A DNA stretch of 64,000 nt from an uncultured Bacteroidota bacterium (GTDB taxonomy: Bacteria; Bacteroidota; Ignavibacteria; UBA10030; UBA6906). Position numbers and translations under genes: made by a program. The notes under the pieces were generated by a model. It was not told the DNA's origin. It did no database searches and was given only the letters and a program-made list of their open reading frames with translations. Location: NCBI GenBank assembly GCA_963700635.1, contig CAVOYH010000003.1:224001-288000 (forward strand), read 5' to 3'. Shown in pieces: positions 47,640-57,686 of the stretch. Numbering within the stretch: position 1 is the first letter of the stretch; each line of letters begins with the position of its first letter.

Positions 47640-49073
47640 TTATGCCTGGAGCCACTGCCGGATCCTGCCAATAACGGCACCCCAATCTCCAGCCCGTTCC
47701 TGCCGGAAAAGCTGCATCGTCGGGTACCAGGGGGTCCTGTCGGTACCCAACATCCAACGCCAGTCGGGTGCAAACGGCACCAGCATCAGTACCGGTCTGC
47801 CCATCGCACCGGCAACATGCGCCACCACGGTGTCGACAGAAATTACAAGATCCATGTGCGCGATCACCGCCGCGGTGTCTTCAACATCACGTAACGCGGG
47901 ACCGAGATCCTCCACCACGATCCCCGAAGGCAAAACCACCCGCGCATCTCCCTTCTCCCCCTTCTGCAAACTGAAAAACCTCACCCCTTCGGTCCCTGCA
48001 AGGGCACTCAGATACTCCGGATGTAACGACCTCTTTGCATCATTCCTGTGGCCGGGGTTCCCAGCCCATACAAGCCCGATACGTTTGTCCGCCGGTCCGC
48101 CCGTACACCTCTCCCGCCAAAAATCTATCCGCGAACGATGAGGATAAAGATACGGTATCACGGAAGGGACGGTCTCCAGGGTGGTGCCAAACACGCCCGG
48201 GAGAGAAAGCAACGGCGATTCAAAATCAGCAGGCGGGATACTCTCTCCACGGCTATAGACTTCGCTTACTCCGTCAATGCCGCGGAACAGAGAAGCGAGT
48301 TCCTCGTGACATTCAACAACGACCCTTCCCCCGCAGGCAGCAACAAGAGGCACATAGCGGATAAACTGTACCGCGTCTCCCAATCCCTGTTCGGCGTAAA
48401 GAAGAATCCGCCTGTTGTCCGGGATTTCCCCTCCCGCCCAGCAACGCGACGGGTCAGTGCGACGGTAGGGAGCTGCAGACATCTTCTGCCAGCGCCATTC
48501 GTATTCTTTCCACCCGTCGGCGTAGTTACCCTGCATCAACAGGGCATGCGAGAGAAGCCAGTGGGCATCAACACACCCCGGATCTTCATGCACAACGGCA
48601 CGCAGGAGAGCTGTTGCCTCCTCCGGTTGCGCCTGCTCGATGAGCATGTAGGCAAGGTTGAGCGCCGCCGGACTATACCGTCTGTCCCGCTGAAGTGCAG
48701 TCAGATAGGAAACGCGCGCCCGGCCGTGATCTCCGCTCTCTGCCCATGCAAGGGCGAGATTATTATGGACTTCGGGCAACTCCGTTCCAAGCGCAAGCGC
48801 TTTCTGGTAAAGGCGCACCGATGCGGCCGGATTGCCTGCTGCCCGCACGGCATTCCCGAGATTGTAGTACACAGCGCCTGCCGACGGAACAAGGCGTAGA
48901 GTTTCCTCAAACACCCGGATCGCCTCGTCATACACACCGGCTTCATGCAGCGCAAGCCCCAGACTGTTCAGCATGTCGGGATTGGACGGTGACCGGCGGA
49001 CCGCCTCCCGGGCCCGGAGAAGCACAGTCGTCGCATCGGCACCGCCAGACGGAAGTTTCCCGCTCGCACTCAT
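47640..49073 (-). CDS. TPR plus GT-B (GT9-like/FlmG-like) glycosyltransferase
   Basis: TPRs, then GW.EYEWRW, EQGLGD.VQF.RY and DLVISVDT..AH.AGA.G.P...DWRW....TPWYP...LFRQ. Likely start MSASG at 49073 (ATGA overlap). Confidence 0.88.
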   Translation of the reverse strand: MSASGKLPSGGADATTVLLRAREAVRRSPSNPDMLNSLGLALHEAGVYDEAIRVFEETLRLVPSAGAVYYNLGNAVRAAGNPAASVRLYQKALALGTELPEVHNNLALAWAESGDHGRARVSYLTALQRDRRYSPAALNLAYMLIEQAQPEEATALLRAVVHEDPGCVDAHWLLSHALLMQGNYADGWKEYEWRWQKMSAAPYRRTDPSRCWAGGEIPDNRRILLYAEQGLGDAVQFIRYVPLVAACGGRVVVECHEELASLFRGIDGVSEVYSRGESIPPADFESPLLSLPGVFGTTLETVPSVIPYLYPHRSRIDFWRERCTGGPADKRIGLVWAGNPGHRNDAKRSLHPEYLSALAGTEGVRFFSLQKGEKGDARVVLPSGIVVEDLGPALRDVEDTAAVIAHMDLVISVDTVVAHVAGAMGRPVLMLVPFAPDWRWMLGTDRTPWYPTMQLFRQERAGDWGAVIGRIRQWLQA

Positions 49074-51946
49074 CGCTTCTCCCCCTTCCGGCTCGCCAAC
49101 GTCCGGAGCGATTCTGCAATCTGTGACAAAACCCCGGACCATTCCTGCGCCCGTGCCTGCCGGAAGAGCCGCATGCCGGGATACCAGGGGCTCCCGTCAC
49201 GTTCGCGCATCCACCGCCAGTCGGGATCACGCGGTAGCATTACCCACACCGGCGTCCCCAGAGCACCGGCGACATGTGCGACCGCGGTGTCAATGGTAAT
49301 CACAAGATCCAGAACCGAAACGGCGGCTGCAGTATCACCAAAGTCGTGGATATAGGGCGAGAGATCCCGCGGCCTGATCTCCGGCGGCACGACGTCAAGA
49401 TCATGCACAGCGTCACCAATCTGGAGACTCCACATGCTTGTGCCGGGGATCCGGAACAACGGCATGAGATTCACAAGAGGACAGGATCGACTCCGCAGAG
49501 ACTTCAGATGTTGTGTCCCGGACCATACCACTCCTACAGAGAGTCCTTCACTCTGCAGTCGATTCCGCCATTGAATCACATCCCCGGTATCCGGCGCCAG
49601 ATACGGAATCTCTGCGGGAATAGTCTGCAGTGTGGTTTTGCAGATTCGTGGAAGACTCATCAACGGCACATGAACGTCAAAATGCGGCAGCGGATCCCCG
49701 TAGGCGACCACGCTCCTGATCCCATCAAGATTCCTGAAGAGCCGGACAAGTTCGCGCTGGCACTCCACCACGACGATTGCGCCGGTCTGCAGCACCACAT
49801 GCACGTACCGAACAAATTGCAGCGCATCACCAAAACCCTGCTCGGCATGAACCAGGATCGTCTTTCCGTGAAGAGTCTCCCCGTTCCAGCAGGGTTGCCG
49901 GAATGGGCGCACCGGACTGGTAAAGTCTGTCCGCCGCCATCGCCATTCATATTCCTCCCAGCCCCGGATGTAATCCCCTTCCTGAAGAAGAAGTTGGGCC
50001 ATATTCCAGTGTGGTTCGGGGAAGTCAGGGCTCCATCTTATGGCGGAATCAAATGCACGCCGTGCACCCGCAAAATCTCCGAGCGCCCTCAGAACATTGC
50101 CCATATTGTTGTGGGCATTGGCCAGGGTTGGGTCAAGCTGGAGAGCACGTTGCAGGACATCCCGGGCACGGGTAAGAAGGTTGTGCTCGTACAACGCTGA
50201 CCCAAGGTTGCTTGCCGTCGCAGCACATCGGTGATCCAGCTCTACAGCTCGTTCAAATGCAGCGATGGCTTCGGGAACATTGCCTTCCTGTTGCAGACAC
50301 ACTCCCAGATTATTCCAGGCCGCCGGGAGTTCGGGCCGGCGATCCAGAATGCGGCGATACACCGTAATCGCGTGTAAGCGTAGACCTGCCTGGCACAATG
50401 CATCGCCATAAGCAAGCAACGCACCGTAATCCTCCGACTGCGGGGGTGCCGCAGTCCCGGTGATCCCTGCGCCGGGCCAACTCCATGAGAAACGGAGAGG
50501 TTTGAGTGGCTGACTCGGAACCGGAGACGGAAAAGCCCCGCCCGTGGCCTCCTGGAGTTCGGACCGGACCTGATCAAAAACTTTTTCCCACCCTCCGCGC
50601 TGTTGCTGACGGAAAAGACGCATCGAGGGGTACCAGGGCGAATCGGAACGTCTGAGCATCCACCGCCAATCCGGTGCAAAAGGAAGAAGAAGCCACACCG
50701 GTTTGCCAAGGGCACCGGCAAGATGGGCCACGGCCGTGTCCACCGTAATCACAAGGTCAAGCGTGCTGACGAATGCCGCAGTGGCCGCAAAATCCGGCAG
50801 GTTGTCCGTCAGGTCAATAAGGCGCCGATCATGGTGTAGTCCGTCCCTCGTCTCACCTCCGGTCTGGAGGGTGTACCACACGGTCCGCGGGACAGTCAGC
50901 AGACGCTCGAAGAGTGCCGGCGGACATGAACGGTTATGGTCGTTTTTGTGATGCGGATTTCCCGCCCAGACGACGCCGATGCGCATTCCCTCCCCAGTTC
51001 CCTGGAGACGCGCCCTCCACTCCGCCACTTCAGAAGGATCCGGGAAAAGATACGGAACGGCGGCTCCGTACGAACGTTCATCCGTGATGCCCGCCAGATG
51101 TGGAATACTCAGAAGCGGAGACCATGTATCATACGCCTGCTGAACTTCGCCTCGCGAAAATACCGAGGCCACGCCGGGCACCGTCCGGATGAGTCTGCAG
51201 AGTTCTCCGGAACATTCGACAAGAACGCGGGCACCACGCTCCTGCAGGTGCCGGGCAAATCGGACGAACTGCAGTGTGTCGCCAAGACCCTGTTCCGCCG
51301 AAAGCAGTATACGTCGCCCGTTGAGCGTACTCCCATCCCAGCGTGGCACAACATCGGCGCGCAGAGGATTTGCCCTGTCGCTGGTGTGAAAACGCCATTC
51401 AAATTCTTTCCATCCGTCCGCGTGCATTCCTTTGAGAAGCGAAACCAATCCACGATTGTAGTGCAGATCCGGATAGCCGCTGTTGAGTGCAAGCCCGACG
51501 GACGCCACCGCGTGTGCTTCGTCCAGATGCCCGAGTGCCTGCAATGTAACGGTCAGGTTGTTGTAAATACGCGTATCATCAGGCCGGAGTCGAAGGGCGG
51601 TTCGATAACAGCGCTCTGCTTCGTCCGGCTCTTCCAGAGCAGCACATGTATTCCCGAGAACGTACCACGCATCTCCGTCTGAAGGTAGAAGCTTCACGAC
51701 ACGGCGGAGCACTTCTGCCGCTGCCTTGAAGGAGCCGAGGTCTTTGAGCGCTTTCCCCAGGTTATAGTGCGCATCGGCGTAGGCAGGATCAATCGCAACT
51801 GCCTGTTCGAACAATCCGAGACTCTCCCGAATCTCCCCGCGTTGAACCGCATTCATGCCGAGCGTATTCAGGGCTTCCGCTTTGGACGAACGTGGTGCCA
51901 TCCGGCGGATTCCGCGGGTATCGGCAATATCAGTCCTCGTGGACAT
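49070..51946 (-). CDS. Tandem [TPR-GT]x2 FlmG-like glycosyltransferase
   Basis: Two complete TPR + EQG.GD...DWRW...PWYP modules. Likely start ~51946 (track start 52192). Confidence 0.88.
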   Translation of the reverse strand: MSTRTDIADTRGIRRMAPRSSKAEALNTLGMNAVQRGEIRESLGLFEQAVAIDPAYADAHYNLGKALKDLGSFKAAAEVLRRVVKLLPSDGDAWYVLGNTCAALEEPDEAERCYRTALRLRPDDTRIYNNLTVTLQALGHLDEAHAVASVGLALNSGYPDLHYNRGLVSLLKGMHADGWKEFEWRFHTSDRANPLRADVVPRWDGSTLNGRRILLSAEQGLGDTLQFVRFARHLQERGARVLVECSGELCRLIRTVPGVASVFSRGEVQQAYDTWSPLLSIPHLAGITDERSYGAAVPYLFPDPSEVAEWRARLQGTGEGMRIGVVWAGNPHHKNDHNRSCPPALFERLLTVPRTVWYTLQTGGETRDGLHHDRRLIDLTDNLPDFAATAAFVSTLDLVITVDTAVAHLAGALGKPVWLLLPFAPDWRWMLRRSDSPWYPSMRLFRQQQRGGWEKVFDQVRSELQEATGGAFPSPVPSQPLKPLRFSWSWPGAGITGTAAPPQSEDYGALLAYGDALCQAGLRLHAITVYRRILDRRPELPAAWNNLGVCLQQEGNVPEAIAAFERAVELDHRCAATASNLGSALYEHNLLTRARDVLQRALQLDPTLANAHNNMGNVLRALGDFAGARRAFDSAIRWSPDFPEPHWNMAQLLLQEGDYIRGWEEYEWRWRRTDFTSPVRPFRQPCWNGETLHGKTILVHAEQGFGDALQFVRYVHVVLQTGAIVVVECQRELVRLFRNLDGIRSVVAYGDPLPHFDVHVPLMSLPRICKTTLQTIPAEIPYLAPDTGDVIQWRNRLQSEGLSVGVVWSGTQHLKSLRSRSCPLVNLMPLFRIPGTSMWSLQIGDAVHDLDVVPPEIRPRDLSPYIHDFGDTAAAVSVLDLVITIDTAVAHVAGALGTPVWVMLPRDPDWRWMRERDGSPWYPGMRLFRQARAQEWSGVLSQIAESLRTLASRKGEKR

Positions 51947-51989
51947 AAGCCCCAACTCTTTCTCTGACTCTACAGTACATCTCTCGGCC

Positions 51990-54900
51990 TCACTTCCCTT
52001 TCGCCCGAAATGACAGACGGTTTGCAAGCATATCCGTACACTCTTCGACGACATCCTTCCATACGCCACGTTGACGCTGACGCAGCAGCCGCATGGCCGG
52101 GTACCGGTCAGACGAGTTTTCCCGTTCTCCCCAGCGCCAATCGTGAGGGTTCGATAACAGAAGCCAGACTTCCTTCCCCATCCCACCTGCAAGGTGCGCC
52201 ACCGCTGTATCTACGGTGATGACAAGGTCCAGACAGTTGATGAGAGCAGCGGTTTCATGAAAATCAACCAGCTCGGAGGTCCAGTCCATCCCAGCTGCGG
52301 CAAATGGTGAGGCTCCAAATTCCTGTCCCGCCTCCCCTTTTTGCAGACTCACATACAGAACGTCCCTGTGGCGGGTGAGCGGCACAAGTTCGTCAAGAGG
52401 GACGGAACGATAACGACCTTCAGGATTTGTCGGGCTGCCTGACCAGACGATTCCGATCCGGAAATGAGTACCATACCCGTCCAAACGCCGCCCCCACTTT
52501 GTGCAGCCACCGTGATCTGCAGAGAGATATGGCACCGGGTGATCCAGCTCTGCAGTCTCACCGGCGACAAGGGGGACGCTCAACAAGGGGATGTGTACGT
52601 CATGCGGGGGGAGGGGATCATCTTTTCCGATGACGTGGTCAACACCCGGCACGCGGCGCACCAGCCGGTGCAAGGGTGTTGGACATTCTACGATAACCCG
52701 GCCGCCCGATCCTGTAACGTGCGCAAGATAACGGAGAAAGAACAACGTGTCCCCATATCCCTGTTCCGCCCATACAAGAACGGTCCTACCGCGCAGGGGT
52801 CCACCGTCCCACCGGGGCGACTTGTATCGATGAAGGAGTTTCTGAAATTCGGGTTTCCGCCACCTCCATTCAAATTCCCTCCACCCGCGTGAGGAATTAC
52901 CCTGATGCAGAAGAGCATGGGCAAGGTTCCAGTGCGCTTCAACACAGTCCGGATTTGCCCCGAGCGCACGCGTATACTCTACGATGGCCCCGTCAATACG
53001 ACCCCGCCGGTAGCAGACCAGTCCGATGTTGTTATGGGTCTTCTCAGGAGAAGCCCCGAGCACCAGAGCTTTCCGGAAATAGTCTTCGGCTTCTTCGAGC
53101 CGCCAGACGTCACACAGGCAGGATCCCAGATTGTAGTGGCCATCGGCATACTCCGGGTCACAACTCAATGCCGCACGAAACGCCTGTTCCGCGTCGGCTG
53201 TATTGTGGCATTGCCGGAGAAGGTTTCCAAGGTTGTTCCACCCTTCCGCATGTCGCGGGTGGGACTCGAGCAGCCGCCGGACGTGGGATAGTCCTTTTTC
53301 CAGGTACCCCATCTGGCGGCAGACAACGGACAACAAGTAGAGCGCATCGGAGTTATCGGGATCGTACCGGAGGATCTGCTCGTATTGTTCCAATGCGCGC
53401 GGGAGATCCCCGTGGCGATGGATGCTGATTGCTTCCATGATCAACTGTTCCGAATTCCCCGTGCTGAATGCGGGCGTTCTACTCCGAAGGACATCGCCAA
53501 GGACATGTTCCACTCTTTGTACCACACCATTCCAATCACCGGGCTCTCTCTGACGGAAGAGCCGCATGTCGGGGTACCAGGGCGAGTCCTCACGTTCAAG
53601 CATCCATCGCCAGTCGGGAGCAAACGGGAGGAGAACCCACACCGGTTTGCCCAACGCACCTGCCAGGTGAGCAACCATGGTATCAACGGTGATCACAAGA
53701 TCAAGCTGGTTGATGAGGCCCGCTGTCGCCAGAACATCCCCACACTCCCCGCTATGGTCGATGAACCGGGGACGGCCTTCTGCACACTGTTCGATACTCT
53801 TCCGGTCGATCTGCAGGTTATAGAAAACCGCTCCCTCCAGCGCCAGAATCGGATCGAGCAGCCTGGACTCGAGGGATCGCCTCCGGTCATTGTCGTGGGT
53901 TCGACTTCCTGACCACGCCAATCCGATTCGGAGACCGGCGGGATCACCGGCCAACCGTTCTCTCCAGAACGTAGTGGTCGCCTCGGGGACGGAAAGGTAC
54001 GGCACGCAGGCTGGCACGGTGCAGGGAGTCGTGCCGGCGAAATGGGGGAGACTGAGCAGTGCACACCGCACATCATGGTGTGGGAATGGTGCTCCGCGGG
54101 CAATCACCCCCTTCACTCCGGGCATCGCCTCGAATAACCGTACCAGCACAGGCGGTGCCTCTACATAGACCTTTGCCCCCAGGGCTGTCAGCAGAGGAAC
54201 ATACCGGATAAATTGTATCGCATCACCCAGTCCCTGCTCACATTGAACAAGTATCGTCCTCCCGTCTGGTTGCGTCCCATCCCACAGGGGTGTATCAAAT
54301 ACCCTTTGTTCCGGAGGAGACGCCAGAAGCGAACGCCACTCATATTCCCGCCAGCCCGCCACCCAGTCACCCTGGAGAAGATGAACGAACGAGAGCCCCC
54401 AATGAGCTTCGGCGGATTGTGGATCAATCGAGAGTGCCCTCCGGTAGAGTTTCTCTGCCTGATCCAGCATGCCCTGTTCCCGGTGGAGTTTTGCCAGATT
54501 GGTTATCGGACTGACGTATTCTGGTTTGATCTCGCGCGCAGTCTCGTACGCAAACATCGCTGATGTGAGCATATCCATTTCGGCGAGGACATTGCCAAGG
54601 CTGTTCTGTGCTTCAGCGAACGCCGGTCGGAGTGTTATGGCCTTTCGCAGAGCCTGCAGCGCATCCTCCCGCAGTCCCATAGCGCGCAGGGCGTTGCCGA
54701 GATTGCAGTAGGCATCAGCGGAGCCGGAGTCGTGGTTCAACGCAGTCCGGCATGCCTGCGCCCCCTCCTGATACTTCCCTGTCTGAACCAGGGCCATCCC
54801 GAGATTGCTCCAGACGCCCGGTTGCGCATGCTCGATTCTGAGGGAAGTGTGGAAGCACTCGATCGCATCAGCCCACCGGCGGGATTCCATCAGGAGGAGT

Positions 54901-55133
54901 CCGAGATTTGCGAGTGCTGCCGGGTATTCCGGGGCGTTGTGCAGAGCTTTCCGGATATACTGTTCTGCCCTGGTGAAATCGCGCCTCTGGAACGCGATCA
55001 CACCCATGAGATGGAGAGCTTCAGCGTGGTCGGGATCGAGGTCAAGGATCTCCGCATACAACGCTCCTGCTTCAGCCAGATCACCGCTGCGGTGAATCCT
55101 GAGCGCGCGCTCTATGGAGGAGCCGGTGGTCAT
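51990..55133 (-). CDS. Tandem [TPR-GT]x2 FlmG-like glycosyltransferase
   Basis: Two complete TPR + GT modules (EQGLGD and EQGYGD). Confidence 0.88.
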   Translation of the reverse strand: MTTGSSIERALRIHRSGDLAEAGALYAEILDLDPDHAEALHLMGVIAFQRRDFTRAEQYIRKALHNAPEYPAALANLGLLLMESRRWADAIECFHTSLRIEHAQPGVWSNLGMALVQTGKYQEGAQACRTALNHDSGSADAYCNLGNALRAMGLREDALQALRKAITLRPAFAEAQNSLGNVLAEMDMLTSAMFAYETAREIKPEYVSPITNLAKLHREQGMLDQAEKLYRRALSIDPQSAEAHWGLSFVHLLQGDWVAGWREYEWRSLLASPPEQRVFDTPLWDGTQPDGRTILVQCEQGLGDAIQFIRYVPLLTALGAKVYVEAPPVLVRLFEAMPGVKGVIARGAPFPHHDVRCALLSLPHFAGTTPCTVPACVPYLSVPEATTTFWRERLAGDPAGLRIGLAWSGSRTHDNDRRRSLESRLLDPILALEGAVFYNLQIDRKSIEQCAEGRPRFIDHSGECGDVLATAGLINQLDLVITVDTMVAHLAGALGKPVWVLLPFAPDWRWMLEREDSPWYPDMRLFRQREPGDWNGVVQRVEHVLGDVLRSRTPAFSTGNSEQLIMEAISIHRHGDLPRALEQYEQILRYDPDNSDALYLLSVVCRQMGYLEKGLSHVRRLLESHPRHAEGWNNLGNLLRQCHNTADAEQAFRAALSCDPEYADGHYNLGSCLCDVWRLEEAEDYFRKALVLGASPEKTHNNIGLVCYRRGRIDGAIVEYTRALGANPDCVEAHWNLAHALLHQGNSSRGWREFEWRWRKPEFQKLLHRYKSPRWDGGPLRGRTVLVWAEQGYGDTLFFLRYLAHVTGSGGRVIVECPTPLHRLVRRVPGVDHVIGKDDPLPPHDVHIPLLSVPLVAGETAELDHPVPYLSADHGGCTKWGRRLDGYGTHFRIGIVWSGSPTNPEGRYRSVPLDELVPLTRHRDVLYVSLQKGEAGQEFGASPFAAAGMDWTSELVDFHETAALINCLDLVITVDTAVAHLAGGMGKEVWLLLSNPHDWRWGERENSSDRYPAMRLLRQRQRGVWKDVVEECTDMLANRLSFRAKGK

Positions 55134-55786
55134 CCGTTTGGCGGCTGGCTTTTCTGACAGACAAACATGTAGTACATATCGGGTCCTGCCGGCACCTCAA
55201 ACACAAAGTCATTGTCCCACATCACCTGAAATCCGCATCGCCTGAGAAGGGACAACCAAGCGCTTCTTGTCAGGGTGCTGTAGTGGTTGGTATTTGTCTC
55301 ATGATGGCATGTCGTGTCGGGGGCCGGGACTTCGAGATAGAGGAACCCTCCTTCACGTAACACGCGGTGGAAGCCGTGGAGTGTGATAAATGGCATCACG
55401 CTGTGCTCGACGCAATGCCGGGCCCAGACCAGATCAAACTCGCCCGGCGAAAATTCCAGAAACGACTGGTCCATCTTGTGCACTTCATGGCCGTGTTCAC
55501 GGCAGACCCGGAGATCTTCGTCATTGATCGTGATGCCCACGGCGTGATATCCCCGTTCCCGCAGGAGATCAAGCGCAGGGCCCTGTCCGCACCCGACGTC
55601 CAGGATGCGGCCGGGTTTTGGGATACCACATGAGGTCAGGACCCGGTCGATCATGATCGCCGTGACACTTGTATGTGGTTCCGAGGGCGCCTCGGGGTAT
55701 GTTTGCGTCACGGTAAGCTCCAGGAAGTCCCTGAGCCGCTCGATGGCATCCGTTGACATGGGTACTGTCCGCACACGATCCGCCAT
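55130..55786 (-). CDS. Class I SAM-dependent methyltransferase
   Basis: ILDVGCGQG, FDLVWARHCVEH and VLREGG motifs. Confidence 0.9.
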   Translation of the reverse strand: MADRVRTVPMSTDAIERLRDFLELTVTQTYPEAPSEPHTSVTAIMIDRVLTSCGIPKPGRILDVGCGQGPALDLLRERGYHAVGITINDEDLRVCREHGHEVHKMDQSFLEFSPGEFDLVWARHCVEHSVMPFITLHGFHRVLREGGFLYLEVPAPDTTCHHETNTNHYSTLTRSAWLSLLRRCGFQVMWDNDFVFEVPAGPDMYYMFVCQKSQPPNG

Positions 55787-55790
55787 AACA

Positions 55791-57686
55791 TTATCTCATT
55801 CTTGTAAGTGGGTTGTGATCACAGAGTGATGCGCTTCTCAGTGTAAGTGCCGCACGGACGTTGTCCACCGCCACCCTCCAGTCACCAATCTGTTGCTGCC
55901 GGAAGAGGGTCAGCGTAGGATACCACGCACTCCGGTCACCGCTTGTGGACCAGCGCCAGTCAGGGATCGCGGAGACAAGGAGCCAGACTTCCCGTCCGAG
56001 TGCCCCGGCAAGGTGCACCGTTCCCGTATCGGTGCTCACAAGGAGATCCAGATGGTGTAGCGCGGCCGCAGTGTGCGCAAAGTCGGTGAGTCCATCGGCA
56101 ATATCGAGAATGGCCGGACCGAACGGGCTGGCGGCGAGCTCCGCCCGGGGGGTTCCTTTCTGGAGACTGTACAGTTGCACTCCCGGCACAGCAGTCAGGG
56201 GACCCAGGTCATCCAGACGGCAGGCACGGTGTCCGTTGTTTTCCTGCAGCGTATTGCCCGACCAGATGATTCCCACGCGTAATGCACCATCATTGGTAAA
56301 TTGTGGCGCCCACTGGTGCACGAGCTGCGCATCAGCCCGAAGGTATGGAACCGCAGAAGGAATCGTATCCTTTCGTGTTTCGAAAATGCGCGGGAGGGAA
56401 AGCAACGGACAGAGAAGCTCAAACGGTGGTGCTGCTTGCCGTGTTGTCGCAACGCATGTTATACCGGGTACAGTTTCCAGAAGGCGGGCCAGTTCGGGCG
56501 GACTCCCCAGGATCACCCGTGCACCTCGCTCGGCCACCAGGGGTGCATACCGGACGAAGTGAATAATGTCGCCGATACCCTGTTCCGGATGAAGGAGAAT
56601 CGTCTGACCGTCAATGTCTTCTCCGTTCCAGACGCGCTCACCAAAGTCCCGGGAGGGTGTCAGAAACCCTTCATGTTTCCACCGCCATTCGAACTCTTCC
56701 CAGCCGCGTTCATAGTCACCCTGGAGGAGCAACAGGTCGGCAAGATTCCAATGTGCATCGGCGTGATCCGGATTCAGGGATACTGCGTGTTCGAAATAGT
56801 GGCGCGCCTCCTCCAGATTCCCCTGCTTCCGTGCCGTAATGCCGAGGGAGGTCACAACATCCGGCCGGCCGGGGCGCAGGTGCAGGGCGTGCTGAAGTGT
56901 TGCCCGGGCCTCGATCAGTTCATACCGTTTGAGATGGGCAACGCCGAGAAGATAGACTGCCTCAGCGCGGTCCGGTTCGATACGAAGTGCACGGTGAAGT
57001 TCCCGCACGGCGTCTTCATAGTTCATCTCGGACAAATACACGGTGCCCAGGCGCATGTGTGTCTCGGCGCAATCAGGTGAACGGGAGAGAAGAGCCGTGA
57101 ACACCTCTTTTGCTTCCCCCACCCGGCCTAATTCCTGGCAGGCCCGGCCATACAGCATGTGAGCTTCCGTGAGGTCCGGGCGTTCAACCCGGACGATCGA
57201 AAGGTCATCAGCAGCATCGGCAAAGCGACGGTTCCTGAACCTGATCACTCCGCGGTTGAACCGCGCTTCCTGAAGGGCGGGATCGGCCTGCAAGGCAAGC
57301 GAATACGCATCCTCGGCCTGGTCGTGTATCCCGAGCATTTCCAGGGTCACGGCCTTGTTAAAATACGCCTCGGCAAAAAGCGGGTGGAGCTGGAGAGCCA
57401 CATGAAATGCCTGAACCGATTCTTCGTGTGCACCCTTCCCGCGCAGCGCGATGCCAAGATCGTTGTATATTTCCGGCGTTTCAGGAGCAAAGCGTGACGC
57501 CGCCTGGAGAAGCATGATCGCCTGGTCGAACTCCCCCCGGCGGGTCTGAACCATCCCCAGGAGACGTAACACGGCCACATTGGATGGATCACGTTCAAGC
57601 ACAGAGCCGTACACGCGCACGGCCTCGTCGTATTTGCCGGCACGGTGTAATGCCAGTCCCTCCTGAATGTGATCCTCCAGGATCAT
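55791..57686 (-). CDS. TPR plus GT-B (FlmG-like) glycosyltransferase
   Basis: About 9 TPRs; EEFEWRW, EQGIGD and DWRW...WYP.L.LFRQ motifs. Confidence 0.88.
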   Translation of the reverse strand: MILEDHIQEGLALHRAGKYDEAVRVYGSVLERDPSNVAVLRLLGMVQTRRGEFDQAIMLLQAASRFAPETPEIYNDLGIALRGKGAHEESVQAFHVALQLHPLFAEAYFNKAVTLEMLGIHDQAEDAYSLALQADPALQEARFNRGVIRFRNRRFADAADDLSIVRVERPDLTEAHMLYGRACQELGRVGEAKEVFTALLSRSPDCAETHMRLGTVYLSEMNYEDAVRELHRALRIEPDRAEAVYLLGVAHLKRYELIEARATLQHALHLRPGRPDVVTSLGITARKQGNLEEARHYFEHAVSLNPDHADAHWNLADLLLLQGDYERGWEEFEWRWKHEGFLTPSRDFGERVWNGEDIDGQTILLHPEQGIGDIIHFVRYAPLVAERGARVILGSPPELARLLETVPGITCVATTRQAAPPFELLCPLLSLPRIFETRKDTIPSAVPYLRADAQLVHQWAPQFTNDGALRVGIIWSGNTLQENNGHRACRLDDLGPLTAVPGVQLYSLQKGTPRAELAASPFGPAILDIADGLTDFAHTAAALHHLDLLVSTDTGTVHLAGALGREVWLLVSAIPDWRWSTSGDRSAWYPTLTLFRQQQIGDWRVAVDNVRAALTLRSASLCDHNPLTRMR